Below are positions 45,403 through 55,515 of a stretch of 61,495 nucleotides of DNA, piece after piece. Each line of letters opens with the position of its first letter. Position 1 is the stretch's first letter. Below the pieces are notes generated by a model, which made no database searches, had not been told where the DNA came from, and saw only the letters and a program-made list of their open reading frames with translations. The DNA is taken from UHGV virus genome UHGV-0177730. The stretch is one strand, 5' to 3'. Position numbers and translations under genes: made by a program. Origin of the DNA: a virus.

Positions 45403-46401
45403 TTATTCCTTAGACCCAGTAGTCAGTAGTTTAAGCAGTCCACCAAAACCAGTCATGTTATTCTGAGCCATATTGTTATACATATTAGCCATATTACTAT
45501 ACGAACCAGAAGCAGCACTGTACCCGCTCATTGCCTGTGCTCCATAGTTACCACCAGAACCACTCAACCCAGAGGCTGTAGAAATAGCAGTAGAAGGTGT
45601 ATAGTTAGCAGTAGACAAGTTCAAACCCTTATTGTAGTTAAGTGCCTGAGCCCATCTATTCATAGTAGTATCTTCTGCCGTATTAGCTGCATTAGTGCGG
45701 GCAGCAGCTTCAGCAAGGGCTTGGCTTTGTGCCATCTCAGTACGGGCAGCCCACGCTTGCGGAGAAGACGTAGAAATACCAGCAAGACCAAGCTGACGAT
45801 CAAGGTTGGAAGAAGCGTCAGCATAAGAAGACTTAACGTCCGTGCTAGCCTGAGACATCATTCTGTCACGGAGTACATCTTCACCTTCAGTGAGCTTACG
45901 AATAAGAGAACGTTCTGTTTGATCGTAGGTGTCATACAGCTGTTGTCTGCGAAGTAGATCCTTCCAACCTTCTTCAGTATATACATTTGCTTGTGCTCGC
46001 AGATAAGGCTCAAGAGTAAAGAACTGATCCAGAGCAAACTGTGACTGTCTAGCCTGCAGATCTCCTGCAGTTCTATTAGCATTCGCGTATGAAGTCCACA
46101 TCTCTGGACTCAGTGCAAAGTCCAGCTGCTTTTCAGTCAAGGCATTCTGCTTGTCTTCAATAGGCCAATAAGTATTCTTGTACCTATCAAACATCTCTTG
46201 TGCATACTGATTCTGCGCCTCTGCTGTAGAGAAAGACATGTTTGCGTACTTATCAGCAAGTTTAGAATTCTGAATACCTTGATACAAGTCGTACCCAGCT
46301 CCAGCAATATTGGCAACGGTGGATAGTGCTTTACCCCCAGAGCCTCCAAGCCAATCTGTAGCAGAGCTAAGTCCACTAGAGATACTGTCCCAAAGAGACA
46401 T
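45403..46401 (-). CDS. Internal virion protein candidate
   Basis: 332-aa ORF, Ser/Ala/Asn-rich C-terminus. Confidence 0.5.
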   Translation of the reverse strand: MSLWDSISSGLSSATDWLGGSGGKALSTVANIAGAGYDLYQGIQNSKLADKYANMSFSTAEAQNQYAQEMFDRYKNTYWPIEDKQNALTEKQLDFALSPEMWTSYANANRTAGDLQARQSQFALDQFFTLEPYLRAQANVYTEEGWKDLLRRQQLYDTYDQTERSLIRKLTEGEDVLRDRMMSQASTDVKSSYADASSNLDRQLGLAGISTSSPQAWAARTEMAQSQALAEAAARTNAANTAEDTTMNRWAQALNYNKGLNLSTANYTPSTAISTASGLSGSGGNYGAQAMSGYSAASGSYSNMANMYNNMAQNNMTGFGGLLKLLTTGSKE

Positions 46402-46437
46402 AGTTTTTATCCATCCTTGGGTTAAAGATTAAAGAAC

Positions 46438-47907
46438 TTACCAGCCACCGTCTGTGTCCCCGCCATCATCACCACCATCGTTCTGACCGTTGGCTCCAGA
46501 ACCAGTGCCGTCACCGGCTTGTCCTTCGCCAGTGCCTTGGCTATCAGAACCACCGTTAGGGCCGCCATTATTATCTCCGGGGCCACCACCATTATCACCA
46601 TCACCACCGCTGTCGTTGTCTCCACCAAAACCGTCGTGGTCGCCACTGCCTCCTCCACCATTATCGTTAGAAGAAGAGTCGCCCTGTTCTCCATCACTCC
46701 CATCAGAAGGTGAATCACTAGGACTAGATGAAGAATCAGCAGAAGGAGAGTTAGTGGAATCGGACTCAGCAGCCTGTTGTGTAGCTTCGTTCATAGCGTT
46801 AGACATAGCCTCAGCAGCTCTGTCAGCAGAAGGTGCGGACTGTGTAGGTCCACCAAAAGAAGACATAGCATTAGAAAATGCCTCGTTAACCTCACCAATT
46901 GTATCAGAAATAGAATCTATAGCACCTTGCAAGCTACCAGTTGGGTCTGTTTCAACACCAAAAGAACCAAGATTAGCCATAGCTCCAGCATACGCAGCAG
47001 CAGGAGTAATACCGATATTTCTAGCTACGTCACCAAGCTTGTCCTTAGACATACTGCTGAACGACTTACCAAGAGCGTTACTAAAAGAAGTCTTAGCTAC
47101 GTTCTTTTGTGTAGGACTCATGGACATACTATCAACAGCATAGTTAAAGGAAGGTGTTACAGTCTTAGTTTTATCGTAGGCATCTGAGAAAGCTTGTCCC
47201 ATTCTACGACCAGAGAAAGTACCAACGGTATCTTCCAAAGCATCTCGAACATCTTCCATAGACCTAACACCTAAAGCATCTTCGGCTAAGCCTACTACAG
47301 TAGGACCTATAAGACCACCAAGCAATCCACCAATAGGCCCAGCAATGGAACCAAGAATCCCGCCTACAACAGCAGGACTCATCTTACCCACTGGAGTACT
47401 AGGAGCTGCCCCAAGAGAAGTAGCGCCCAGTCTACCCACATAACCAGCAAGAGCATTAGGCATAGAACTAAAAGCACTGTGCATTGCTGCTTGGGCTACT
47501 TGGCTAGGGGTAGCCCCAACCATAGTACCAAGACCAGCAGTAAGTGCAGCAGCTTGTGCCATATCTAAACCAATATCTTGTAGACCAGAAACGGCTAAAT
47601 CATTAACAGCTTTGTCTGTATGCGTTGAAGACATGCTGTTCTTTGAAGAAACGTTTCCTATGCCAGAGGTAGAAGAGACACCCCAACCAGCTTTACCAGA
47701 ACCTCTGTCTGAAAGACCGTTAGCAGCTTTATCTTTGGTGGTCTTCTTATCTAAGTATGCATCGTCAGTTTGACTATACTTAGAAGGTTTCTGTGTTTTA
47801 GTACCAAAGATAGAGGTTCTAGTAAGGGTATTGTAGAAAGGGTTAAGGCCATAAGAGAATACAGGCATAGTAGCAATGTAGGGCACACCAAAACCAAAAG
47901 TAGCCAT
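46438..47907 (-). CDS. Structural protein with Gly/Asp/Ser low-complexity acidic C-terminal tail
   Basis: 489 aa. C-terminus DGEQGDSSSNDNGGGGSGDHDGFGGDNDSGGDGDNGGGPGDNNGG... Confidence 0.5.
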   Translation of the reverse strand: MATFGFGVPYIATMPVFSYGLNPFYNTLTRTSIFGTKTQKPSKYSQTDDAYLDKKTTKDKAANGLSDRGSGKAGWGVSSTSGIGNVSSKNSMSSTHTDKAVNDLAVSGLQDIGLDMAQAAALTAGLGTMVGATPSQVAQAAMHSAFSSMPNALAGYVGRLGATSLGAAPSTPVGKMSPAVVGGILGSIAGPIGGLLGGLIGPTVVGLAEDALGVRSMEDVRDALEDTVGTFSGRRMGQAFSDAYDKTKTVTPSFNYAVDSMSMSPTQKNVAKTSFSNALGKSFSSMSKDKLGDVARNIGITPAAAYAGAMANLGSFGVETDPTGSLQGAIDSISDTIGEVNEAFSNAMSSFGGPTQSAPSADRAAEAMSNAMNEATQQAAESDSTNSPSADSSSSPSDSPSDGSDGEQGDSSSNDNGGGGSGDHDGFGGDNDSGGDGDNGGGPGDNNGGPNGGSDSQGTGEGQAGDGTGSGANGQNDGGDDGGDTDGGW

Positions 47908-47908
47908 G

Positions 47909-48499
47909 TTACTTCCACCAACCTATAACTATAGTTTGATAACCCCACGTACCGGAAGGCCATACAGATACAGGTACAGACACGGTGCCTATGACTTCAC
48001 CCTTCCCGTTGACTACACTTCTTGCTTGCTCAACAAACTGGGGAATACCACACACCTTTATTTTACAGTACGTGCTTGTCTTCTCGTATACGTATGCAGA
48101 CCATTCGTAAGAAGAGCTGGGTGCAACAACGTTGGTAACAGCAATGTAGTTATCGTCTTTAAAGGGAACAGGAAAATCAAGCTGCTCAATGTTCGAAGAC
48201 ATCCAATCACCTAACCAGCATATCTGCAATCCATTACCAAAGCGAACGTACTGCTGTCCTAGACCTTGTGACCTACTAATGATATTTGTCTTAGCCTGCT
48301 GATTAAGCAAAGCTGTTGCCATGTCCTGCAAAGTGTCCATGTTACTAGACGTGGCTTGAATAGCCGCAGTAATGTCCGAGTAAAAGCCTGCTAAAGCACC
48401 TGTTTCTGTGTTGGGAATATCAGGAGTACGAATAGCAACAAGTGACGATTCCTTTACAGAACCATCAGAACTAATATAAGTAGAACTGTCTACACTCAT
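47909..48499 (-). CDS. Tail protein candidate
   Basis: 196 aa, Trp-rich C-terminus; start overlaps the upstream gene's stop by 4 nt. Confidence 0.45.
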   Translation of the reverse strand: MSVDSSTYISSDGSVKESSLVAIRTPDIPNTETGALAGFYSDITAAIQATSSNMDTLQDMATALLNQQAKTNIISRSQGLGQQYVRFGNGLQICWLGDWMSSNIEQLDFPVPFKDDNYIAVTNVVAPSSSYEWSAYVYEKTSTYCKIKVCGIPQFVEQARSVVNGKGEVIGTVSVPVSVWPSGTWGYQTIVIGWWK

Positions 48500-50259
48500 T
48501 TACTTTCTGCTCCTTCCAAGCACTCAACCATACTCGATGCGATCGTTACTGAATGCACTGTGTTGTCAGCACTAGAAGCTGCCATGTCTAGCTTGAACTG
48601 AAGTTCTGTTCCTGTGTATCCAGCAGGCAGCTTAACTACCTTAGATCCTGTAATCAGCTTTGAGAAGATAGTCTTACCGTCAAGATAAACTGTCAGTGTA
48701 CAACTACCTTCTTGATTAACTTTAGCAGCAACTGGTCTCCACGCACCTTGTGCACTTACAAAAGTACGAGATGTCCAGCTCCACATACCCGGCTTAGTAG
48801 ACGTAACGTCTGTCGTGTACACAGACACAGAGCTGCTGTTAGTGTACTTAACGTACAGTCTTCTTACGTTAGGATCCCACCAAGTATTCACAACATTAGG
48901 GTTTGAAGTAGTATGGTTAGTAAGACCGGGAGATGTAAGCTGATTGTACAGAGAGTTATAGCTGTACTCGTTGAAGTTTAGCGTGTACAATATCTGAGTA
49001 GAAGACCTACTAAAAATGTACAGAGTCTTACCGATGTAAGCAAACTGCATATCAGAAGGGTTCAACTTAGCCCAGTCGCGGTTAGAGAACAATTGAGAAG
49101 TAATAATCTTAGGCGTGTCTGAACTAATCAGTGCTACTCCAGTAGGACATGCGTACATTACACCTTGGGAAGTAGACACAATACTGTGTTTACTAAGACA
49201 AGGCAGTGGATCTTGCATAGCTTTAACGATAGGGTTGGCTGGGTCAGACACTGTGATAAGCACAGGTTCTGATTTAGTACAGGCTACGATAGTATTGCCG
49301 AAGGAACCAAGACCAACCACAGACTCACTAATTGTTACACTATACTTACGAGGAAACGCGTAAGGTCTGTTGTAATTAGACACATAGATAGTGCTGTCTT
49401 TAGCAGCAGCGTAGTAACCGTTAGCAAGTGCAATAAAGGAATGCGCACCACCCGGAATAGCATAGTTGTTCATGTCCGTCAGAGCAGGCCCTGTGGTTAG
49501 CATATTGTCAGTAATAGTGTACTTAGTAGACGGAGGTGTAGCTTCTGGGTAGATAGCTGTAGCTGCAAGATAGTACCGTGCGGTACCGGTAGAAGTAGTC
49601 TCCGACCGGTACACACGAATCTCACGAGTTCCATCGTTACCGAAAGCATTCATACCAGAGATGTTTTTAATAACCACAGACTGTCCCGGGTATACGTCTA
49701 CTACAGACGCACCAGTAGAAGTAGTCACGTTAGCAGAGGCAGGACCTTCGTCAAGAATACCGTCAGCCCATTTACGTGCAAACGTTATCACATAACTATG
49801 TGAAGTAGGTATAGTGCCTTCCTGAGGAGTACCAGTAACTTCCATAGTCATGCCTTGAGGCTGGGGAATGCCAGCAATAACAGAGTCACCTTGAATGGTG
49901 CCAACCTGTGTAAGCAAGTCGGCACCTTCACAAACATGCATTGTGTCACCGTCTGGCATCCAGTAGCACTGCTGTCTATCAACAGATACGTCAGGAATAG
50001 AGATGAACACAACATTCACTTTGTCGTACTGAGTACTTCCCCACCAGTAGTCATTGTCTTTAAATCTCCATTTGAAGAAACACTTGGCTGCTGAAGGTAC
50101 TTGTGAAGGCAAGGAAAACGTCCCGTCATAATGAGCAAAGGGAAGAATGTCACCTGTAGAAGTATCTGTGTTGCTGGTGAAATCTGCAAAGTTATCATGT
50201 TTCAAACGGGATGGGATCTTAGGTGCCATCCCCTTGAAATTGTTTACATAAATCTTCAA
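48496..50259 (-). CDS. Tail structural protein (587 aa)
   Basis: Beta-rich, S/T-rich composition typical of tail or baseplate proteins. Confidence 0.5.
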   Translation of the reverse strand: MKIYVNNFKGMAPKIPSRLKHDNFADFTSNTDTSTGDILPFAHYDGTFSLPSQVPSAAKCFFKWRFKDNDYWWGSTQYDKVNVVFISIPDVSVDRQQCYWMPDGDTMHVCEGADLLTQVGTIQGDSVIAGIPQPQGMTMEVTGTPQEGTIPTSHSYVITFARKWADGILDEGPASANVTTSTGASVVDVYPGQSVVIKNISGMNAFGNDGTREIRVYRSETTSTGTARYYLAATAIYPEATPPSTKYTITDNMLTTGPALTDMNNYAIPGGAHSFIALANGYYAAAKDSTIYVSNYNRPYAFPRKYSVTISESVVGLGSFGNTIVACTKSEPVLITVSDPANPIVKAMQDPLPCLSKHSIVSTSQGVMYACPTGVALISSDTPKIITSQLFSNRDWAKLNPSDMQFAYIGKTLYIFSRSSTQILYTLNFNEYSYNSLYNQLTSPGLTNHTTSNPNVVNTWWDPNVRRLYVKYTNSSSVSVYTTDVTSTKPGMWSWTSRTFVSAQGAWRPVAAKVNQEGSCTLTVYLDGKTIFSKLITGSKVVKLPAGYTGTELQFKLDMAASSADNTVHSVTIASSMVECLEGAESK

Positions 50260-50261
50260 CG

Positions 50262-50978
50262 TTATTCTCCTTCAGGAGCATCAGCCTCCGGCGTAACCTC
50301 ACCTTCCACAGAAGGCGTAGGTTCTTCTACTGGAAGAACTTCTTCAGTAGGTTCACTTGTATCAAGAACCGGATTGAAACTCACGTCAAGGTCAATGAGA
50401 TCCTGCCCAGTACGAGCCTTAACAGCTTCTTGCAACATATTACGCTTAGCGATAGCAGTAGCTACACATTCATCAAATGCAGCAGCCTTGTCGTTGACCT
50501 TCATAGCAAACTCATCAAGAGAGATGCCTTGCTTGTCAGCTAGCTTCTGCAGCAAGTTGTTAGCAGGAAGAGTTTTACCCATAACGTAGTTATGAGCAAG
50601 CTCACGCTGAGTAGGCCACGTAGACTTCTCGTACTCATCGTAGCCGTTAAAGACCTTGGCTACATAGTTATTATAGTTCGTCTCAATCTGAGCGTTCTTA
50701 GAACTTCTAAGTTCGTCGTCAGAACGCATAACCCAGACTTGCTTCCTACGATACACAACGAACTTAGGATCCCATTCTACTGTACCCTGCTCCTTAAGCG
50801 TAAAGTACCTGTCGTCTGCAGGCATGTCAGGTTTATCCGTAAGCAACGGGTAGAAACCGTACTGCTGCATAACCACACGAGAAGACGTAGGAAGACCCAT
50901 GTTCTGACAGATCTTATCAGTAGCAGTTACACCAGTGTTCTTGTTGTACCACATCACAATATCATTAGCGTTATTCAT
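50262..50978 (-). CDS. Tail structural protein candidate with acidic Pro/Glu C-terminus
   Basis: 238-aa ORF. Confidence 0.45.
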   Translation of the reverse strand: MNNANDIVMWYNKNTGVTATDKICQNMGLPTSSRVVMQQYGFYPLLTDKPDMPADDRYFTLKEQGTVEWDPKFVVYRRKQVWVMRSDDELRSSKNAQIETNYNNYVAKVFNGYDEYEKSTWPTQRELAHNYVMGKTLPANNLLQKLADKQGISLDEFAMKVNDKAAAFDECVATAIAKRNMLQEAVKARTGQDLIDLDVSFNPVLDTSEPTEEVLPVEEPTPSVEGEVTPEADAPEGE

Positions 50979-50997
50979 AAAAAGATAAACCTTTTAG

Positions 50998-53900
50998 TTA
51001 AGCAGCAAGTTCAAAGACAGGGCATATGCCAAGAGTAGTCGTAGGCTGTATCTTGGTAGCCATAGTGTTACTAACTATAATCATATAGCCCGGACTGCTC
51101 CAGCCAATTGATGACGTAGCCAAGGATTTAGTAGTAGTGTCAATACCAAAGAAGCCATTAGGATTAGCGTCCCCCAGAGCTTTTGTTGCATTAGCGCTCA
51201 GCGTAGGATCTAAGGCATCAAGATTATTCGCTTCTATAAAGATACGAAGAGCAACATTCAAGGTAGGTACTTGGCAAGCTGTCCCAGCTACAGTTATTGC
51301 AGACGCATATTGTGCTGCAGCAGGGTCTGTAGCAAGCTCTAACCACTGTTGCGTATTATAAGCAGAGGAATGAGAATCAACCTTAGCTGCAGGCCAAACC
51401 TTGTTCAAATAAGAATCAGACATAAACAGCCTTGTAGCGTTGGCAAAACCAGTGACATAATTATTTCCTAAAGCATTGCTTATATCTTCAGAAGCGGAAG
51501 AGGCTAGCTGTTTAAGCGTGGATGGACAGACATTTGTGCTTGCAGACTTGCTTGTACTTCTATAAGAAGCGTCCAAGATCAGGACCTTTTTCTTTGAGGC
51601 GTCAGCATCTATGTATTCCATCACAGTACCCATTCCAGAGGAATGACGATACAATTTACGACCAGTGTCTACAGGAAGGTATTCATGCGTGGTGACAAAA
51701 CACTGTTTAACTGAAGGAAAAGTCATGTTCTCTGCTGAAGGAGAAGACGCATATTTAATCCCAGGTCCACCGAAAATACCAGTTAGATACTTCTGGGAAG
51801 CATTCGTGTAGTAATAGCTTGCATAACTAAAGTTTACATCATTTGCAGAAGCATCATAAGCAGCCTTAACTAAAGTAACATACGGAGACGCAATAAAACA
51901 AGACGCTCCGTCTAGTGTTTCTTGAGAAGGCAGTGTGCTAATATACCACCGAGCATCCTTTGCTCCCATACCGAAGATCTGGAAAGGGTAAACATTGAAT
52001 AAGTAATCGCCTCTGGCGGTAACGTTAGTCTTAGTATTTAGTTTAGCAGTTTTGGGTGCGCTCTGTGCTAGATAAGAACCCATCGAACTAAAGGTCTCTG
52101 AAAGCACGGTGTCACTAGTACAAGCCCAGAAACGTCTTCCCGTGTAGTCCATCAACGGAGAGTTTGCACCAAAACCCCAGTAGTGATAACCAGCATTAGT
52201 AGGATGAGCCACACCATGTTTGTCAGGCAAGATAGTACCCTGTCGATCACAGTCAACAGTAACTAGTGCAGTTGTGTACGTGTATATCAAGCTAGTGTTC
52301 CAAGCGACATTACCACAATGAAGGTTCTCACGAGGAATTATTACATTAAATATACCCGGGCCATATAGCGTGCTTGTGACATTATATTTATTCATGCCTG
52401 CAACATGGGCATCAAAAAAAGAAGCACCCGCAACAGCATCTATTGCATCGCTCTGTATAACAAGGTACAGAAGCTCTCGTTTAGAAGGCATGTGACAAAA
52501 CTTAGAATACGTAGAATTTCGACTAAGAGTACGTGCAGGCAGGAATTTATTTCCAGTTAACGCGTCTCCGCTAAGAGGAATTCCTGTAGCAGCACATACA
52601 AGTGTAGAGTACTCTCCGTCTTGTGTAGAACCTACTGTACAAAGCGTTCTGTCAATAAGACTCGGGTCATTTTTAATATTCTGCAGAGACACGTCTGTAA
52701 CTACCGTGTCATAGTTAAACACGCCGCTTCCGTCTTGCGCATAATCAAAACCAGACGCATACGCAATAGTCTGTGACGTAGGAGTCTGTCTTTCTACCTC
52801 TGTGCTTATACCAAGCCAGTAGAACGTACCGTCAGGTCTATCAAAAGGAGTACCGTCGGGCTTACCTACGTACAAAAGCTTACCGTCGTCACTAAACGTC
52901 AGATGCAAAACAGGAGACACCGTAATGTTTACGTACTCAGACCAAGCAGACCAACCAAGGCTAGCACCTTTATTACGCGCACGCGCACGAAGAGCAATAT
53001 CAGTAATAGGCTTAGTGATGGTAGCTGTATGTGCAGAATAGTCTGTGGTCAGTTCACCAGAATCATAGTATACAGAGTTATCAGCTGTGAGAAGTTGATA
53101 CTGTACACCAGTCTGCGTATCAGACGTACCTGTCGTAGCAAAGCCCTGCTGTACGAAAGCAACCGTAGTACCCTTGATCTGCGCATTCTGCGTAGGAGCA
53201 GTAAGCACAGGAGCATTCACGTAAGCAGACTTGATGGACACAGCAACGTCAGTAGACCAGTCAGACCAACCATACGTAGCACCTTTATAGCGCATACTAA
53301 TCTTGTACGTCTCACCAACCACAGCTTCAGTAAGTTCAGGAATAGTGATAGAAGTAAGAGCGTCTGTCTTCTCACCACTGTCATATATGTTAGTTCCGAG
53401 TACATTCTGCACACGATACTGCGAAGCAGTGTGCGTGTCAGTTCCGCCACCAACTACAGCAAAAGGATTACCAGAGACAACTACATTGTACTTGAAGATC
53501 TGGTTACCAGTAACAGGAGAGATGACAGTAGGAGTTTGAATATAGATATCAGCAGTACGGAAACTAACAAAATCAGACCAAGCAGAAGGCGTGGTCAACG
53601 TAGTACCAATCTGACGACACCTAATCCTATACAGAACACCACGCTGCAGGTTAGCGTCCGTAATCGTAGCAGTGTACGTAGTACCAGTAAGCTCCTTCGT
53701 GTACACCGTAACACCAGAACTGTTCTGAATCTGGAACTCTGTTTTAGCACACGTGTCATCAAGACCTTCAGCAGCAAACGTAGAAGACTGGATGTCAAAG
53801 CTAATAGCAATAACTTCCTGACCTTCAGTAGGCTTAACTACCGTAGGAACCTTAACGTAAGGAGCAACTACAGTGAGCTGCTTGTACGCAGGAGAAGACT

Positions 53901-54519
53901 TCCAACCCTGACTGTCAGTAGCAGTGACGTACATGTCAAGCTTGGTACCAGCAGAGATAGTAGTAGGAATCTTAAGCGTATACGTACCGGCATTACCAGC
54001 AGCAGTAATCACTTGTGTACCGACACCAGACACGTCTACCAAGAAGGAAGAGATAGTGTTGCCTGCCAACGTAGGGCTAGCAGTAAAGGAGTATTCGTTA
54101 GCATACGTGCCCTGATAAACGATAGGAGCATCAGGACCAGTAATCTCAGGAGTAGTAACAAGGTTACCAGTAAGCTGATACACCTCGTTAAACAACTCGT
54201 TGAGTTCAGTCTGCGTCACACGGAGTTCCCACTCAGCAGACGTGTACATGAACTTAGTGATAGTTTCTTCCGAGATAGACGCACCGGGGAAGAACAGCGT
54301 GTACTCGTCGGTACTTGCGTTGTACGTGCAGCTCTCACTGAACCCAGTAAACAAAGTATCGTCCATAGCCATAAAGGTGATGGGATACACTTCAGAAGTA
54401 GATACACCCAGCTGTCCAGAGTTCACCTTCACAACAACTTCTACTTTGTTTGTAATGCTGTTGCGCGTGGCAGACTGCACGACACCGTTAGTGTTGTTAT
54501 AGTATTTATATTTCTTCAT
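50998..54519 (-). CDS. Large tail fibre / receptor-binding protein with three tandem FN3-like repeats
   Basis: 1173 aa. Three ~100-aa internal repeats (residues ~215-545), each ending in a WSxWS-like motif (SAWSDF, GWSDWS, GWSAWS). Confidence 0.65.
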   Translation of the reverse strand: MKKYKYYNNTNGVVQSATRNSITNKVEVVVKVNSGQLGVSTSEVYPITFMAMDDTLFTGFSESCTYNASTDEYTLFFPGASISEETITKFMYTSAEWELRVTQTELNELFNEVYQLTGNLVTTPEITGPDAPIVYQGTYANEYSFTASPTLAGNTISSFLVDVSGVGTQVITAAGNAGTYTLKIPTTISAGTKLDMYVTATDSQGWKSSPAYKQLTVVAPYVKVPTVVKPTEGQEVIAISFDIQSSTFAAEGLDDTCAKTEFQIQNSSGVTVYTKELTGTTYTATITDANLQRGVLYRIRCRQIGTTLTTPSAWSDFVSFRTADIYIQTPTVISPVTGNQIFKYNVVVSGNPFAVVGGGTDTHTASQYRVQNVLGTNIYDSGEKTDALTSITIPELTEAVVGETYKISMRYKGATYGWSDWSTDVAVSIKSAYVNAPVLTAPTQNAQIKGTTVAFVQQGFATTGTSDTQTGVQYQLLTADNSVYYDSGELTTDYSAHTATITKPITDIALRARARNKGASLGWSAWSEYVNITVSPVLHLTFSDDGKLLYVGKPDGTPFDRPDGTFYWLGISTEVERQTPTSQTIAYASGFDYAQDGSGVFNYDTVVTDVSLQNIKNDPSLIDRTLCTVGSTQDGEYSTLVCAATGIPLSGDALTGNKFLPARTLSRNSTYSKFCHMPSKRELLYLVIQSDAIDAVAGASFFDAHVAGMNKYNVTSTLYGPGIFNVIIPRENLHCGNVAWNTSLIYTYTTALVTVDCDRQGTILPDKHGVAHPTNAGYHYWGFGANSPLMDYTGRRFWACTSDTVLSETFSSMGSYLAQSAPKTAKLNTKTNVTARGDYLFNVYPFQIFGMGAKDARWYISTLPSQETLDGASCFIASPYVTLVKAAYDASANDVNFSYASYYYTNASQKYLTGIFGGPGIKYASSPSAENMTFPSVKQCFVTTHEYLPVDTGRKLYRHSSGMGTVMEYIDADASKKKVLILDASYRSTSKSASTNVCPSTLKQLASSASEDISNALGNNYVTGFANATRLFMSDSYLNKVWPAAKVDSHSSAYNTQQWLELATDPAAAQYASAITVAGTACQVPTLNVALRIFIEANNLDALDPTLSANATKALGDANPNGFFGIDTTTKSLATSSIGWSSPGYMIIVSNTMATKIQPTTTLGICPVFELAA

Positions 54520-54533
54520 AGAAGAAGTCCTTC

Positions 54534-55037
54534 TTAGTTAAAGACGCAGCAGTTTTCATCTGCACGCATGGCGGGTTTACCTTCAAAGAGGATAGCAGTA
54601 CCATTACAGTAGCCTTGGGCTTCAGCCTTTGCATGACCATAACCAATGATAGTCAACAAGACATCATCAACTTTGCCAAGCACTTGAGCCTTACTATGTT
54701 CTTCATGATGTCCTTGCTTTATGCCAGTCAAAGGAGCACTGCCGTATGCTTCAGCATGGCCGACATAACTAGGCATAATAACATAGAAGCCATCACATCT
54801 ACCGTAAGCACTGGGTTTACCAAAGACAGCACCGTTAACAATAGTCTCGCACTGACTAGCTACGTTATGGACTACCGCTACGGGATTGATCTCAGGAACC
54901 CAGATAAAACTATCATTAACCTTTGAAAGTGCCCAGTTAACTATACGGTACGTTTCAGCAGCACCGTAGGTACCGCGTACAGCCTTGGTGCGAAGTGCAG
55001 AAGAACGTACTGCGCCAGAGCCATTAGACGCAGCCAT
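54534..55037 (-). CDS. Structural protein candidate
   Basis: 167-aa ORF. Confidence 0.4.
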   Translation of the reverse strand: MAASNGSGAVRSSALRTKAVRGTYGAAETYRIVNWALSKVNDSFIWVPEINPVAVVHNVASQCETIVNGAVFGKPSAYGRCDGFYVIMPSYVGHAEAYGSAPLTGIKQGHHEEHSKAQVLGKVDDVLLTIIGYGHAKAEAQGYCNGTAILFEGKPAMRADENCCVFN

Positions 55038-55042
55038 AGGTA

Positions 55043-55486
55043 TTACAGATCCGCACTGTCACGGATAGAGAACTTGATACCGTTAGCACGAATAACAAAC
55101 TGGTCAGCAGTCGTGATATTCTTCGGCATCGGCTGAGTTCCGTCCGGAGTAGTAATGGTAGCCCAAGCAAGTACGTTACCAGCAGTCAGAGCATCCATGA
55201 TACCAACGTGAGTAATGGTGCCCCAAGACTCAGTAGCAATGGGGAAGGTAACTTCAGTCTTATTCGTAACAAGACCAGAAGCAGCAGCGTTGAACGCACT
55301 GTTCTCCATCTTTACTCTGTTATACCCACCACCAGACAGCTCGCCAGTAGGAGCATTGGTAGCAAGACCAGCATCCGTAGAGAACAATGCAACGTACTTA
55401 GAAGGGGTAGTGTACGCAGTGCCATTAAAAAGAAGGTCAGGCAGTTTGTTGTCAAGATAGACAGAAAAACCAGAAGTGTTAGCCAT
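55043..55486 (-). CDS. Structural protein candidate
   Basis: 147-aa ORF, T/A/G-rich. Confidence 0.4.
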   Translation of the reverse strand: MANTSGFSVYLDNKLPDLLFNGTAYTTPSKYVALFSTDAGLATNAPTGELSGGGYNRVKMENSAFNAAASGLVTNKTEVTFPIATESWGTITHVGIMDALTAGNVLAWATITTPDGTQPMPKNITTADQFVIRANGIKFSIRDSADL

Positions 55487-55515
55487 ATCGTTTTGTACCC
55501 AATATAGTTAGAAGA

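Noticed and set aside
46490-47143. 217-aa Pro-rich plus-strand ORF
   Set aside because: It is the reverse-frame image of the Gly/Asp/Ser low-complexity tail of 46438..47907 (GGN/GAN codons read as NCC Pro on the other strand).
52903-54537. 544-aa plus-strand ORF inside the tail fibre gene, and similar antisense ORFs 44337..45413, 57590..58654, 58814..59695, 60301..61161
   Set aside because: They are antisense to structural genes with coherent operon organisation. Composition is R/S/L-rich and non-protein-like.
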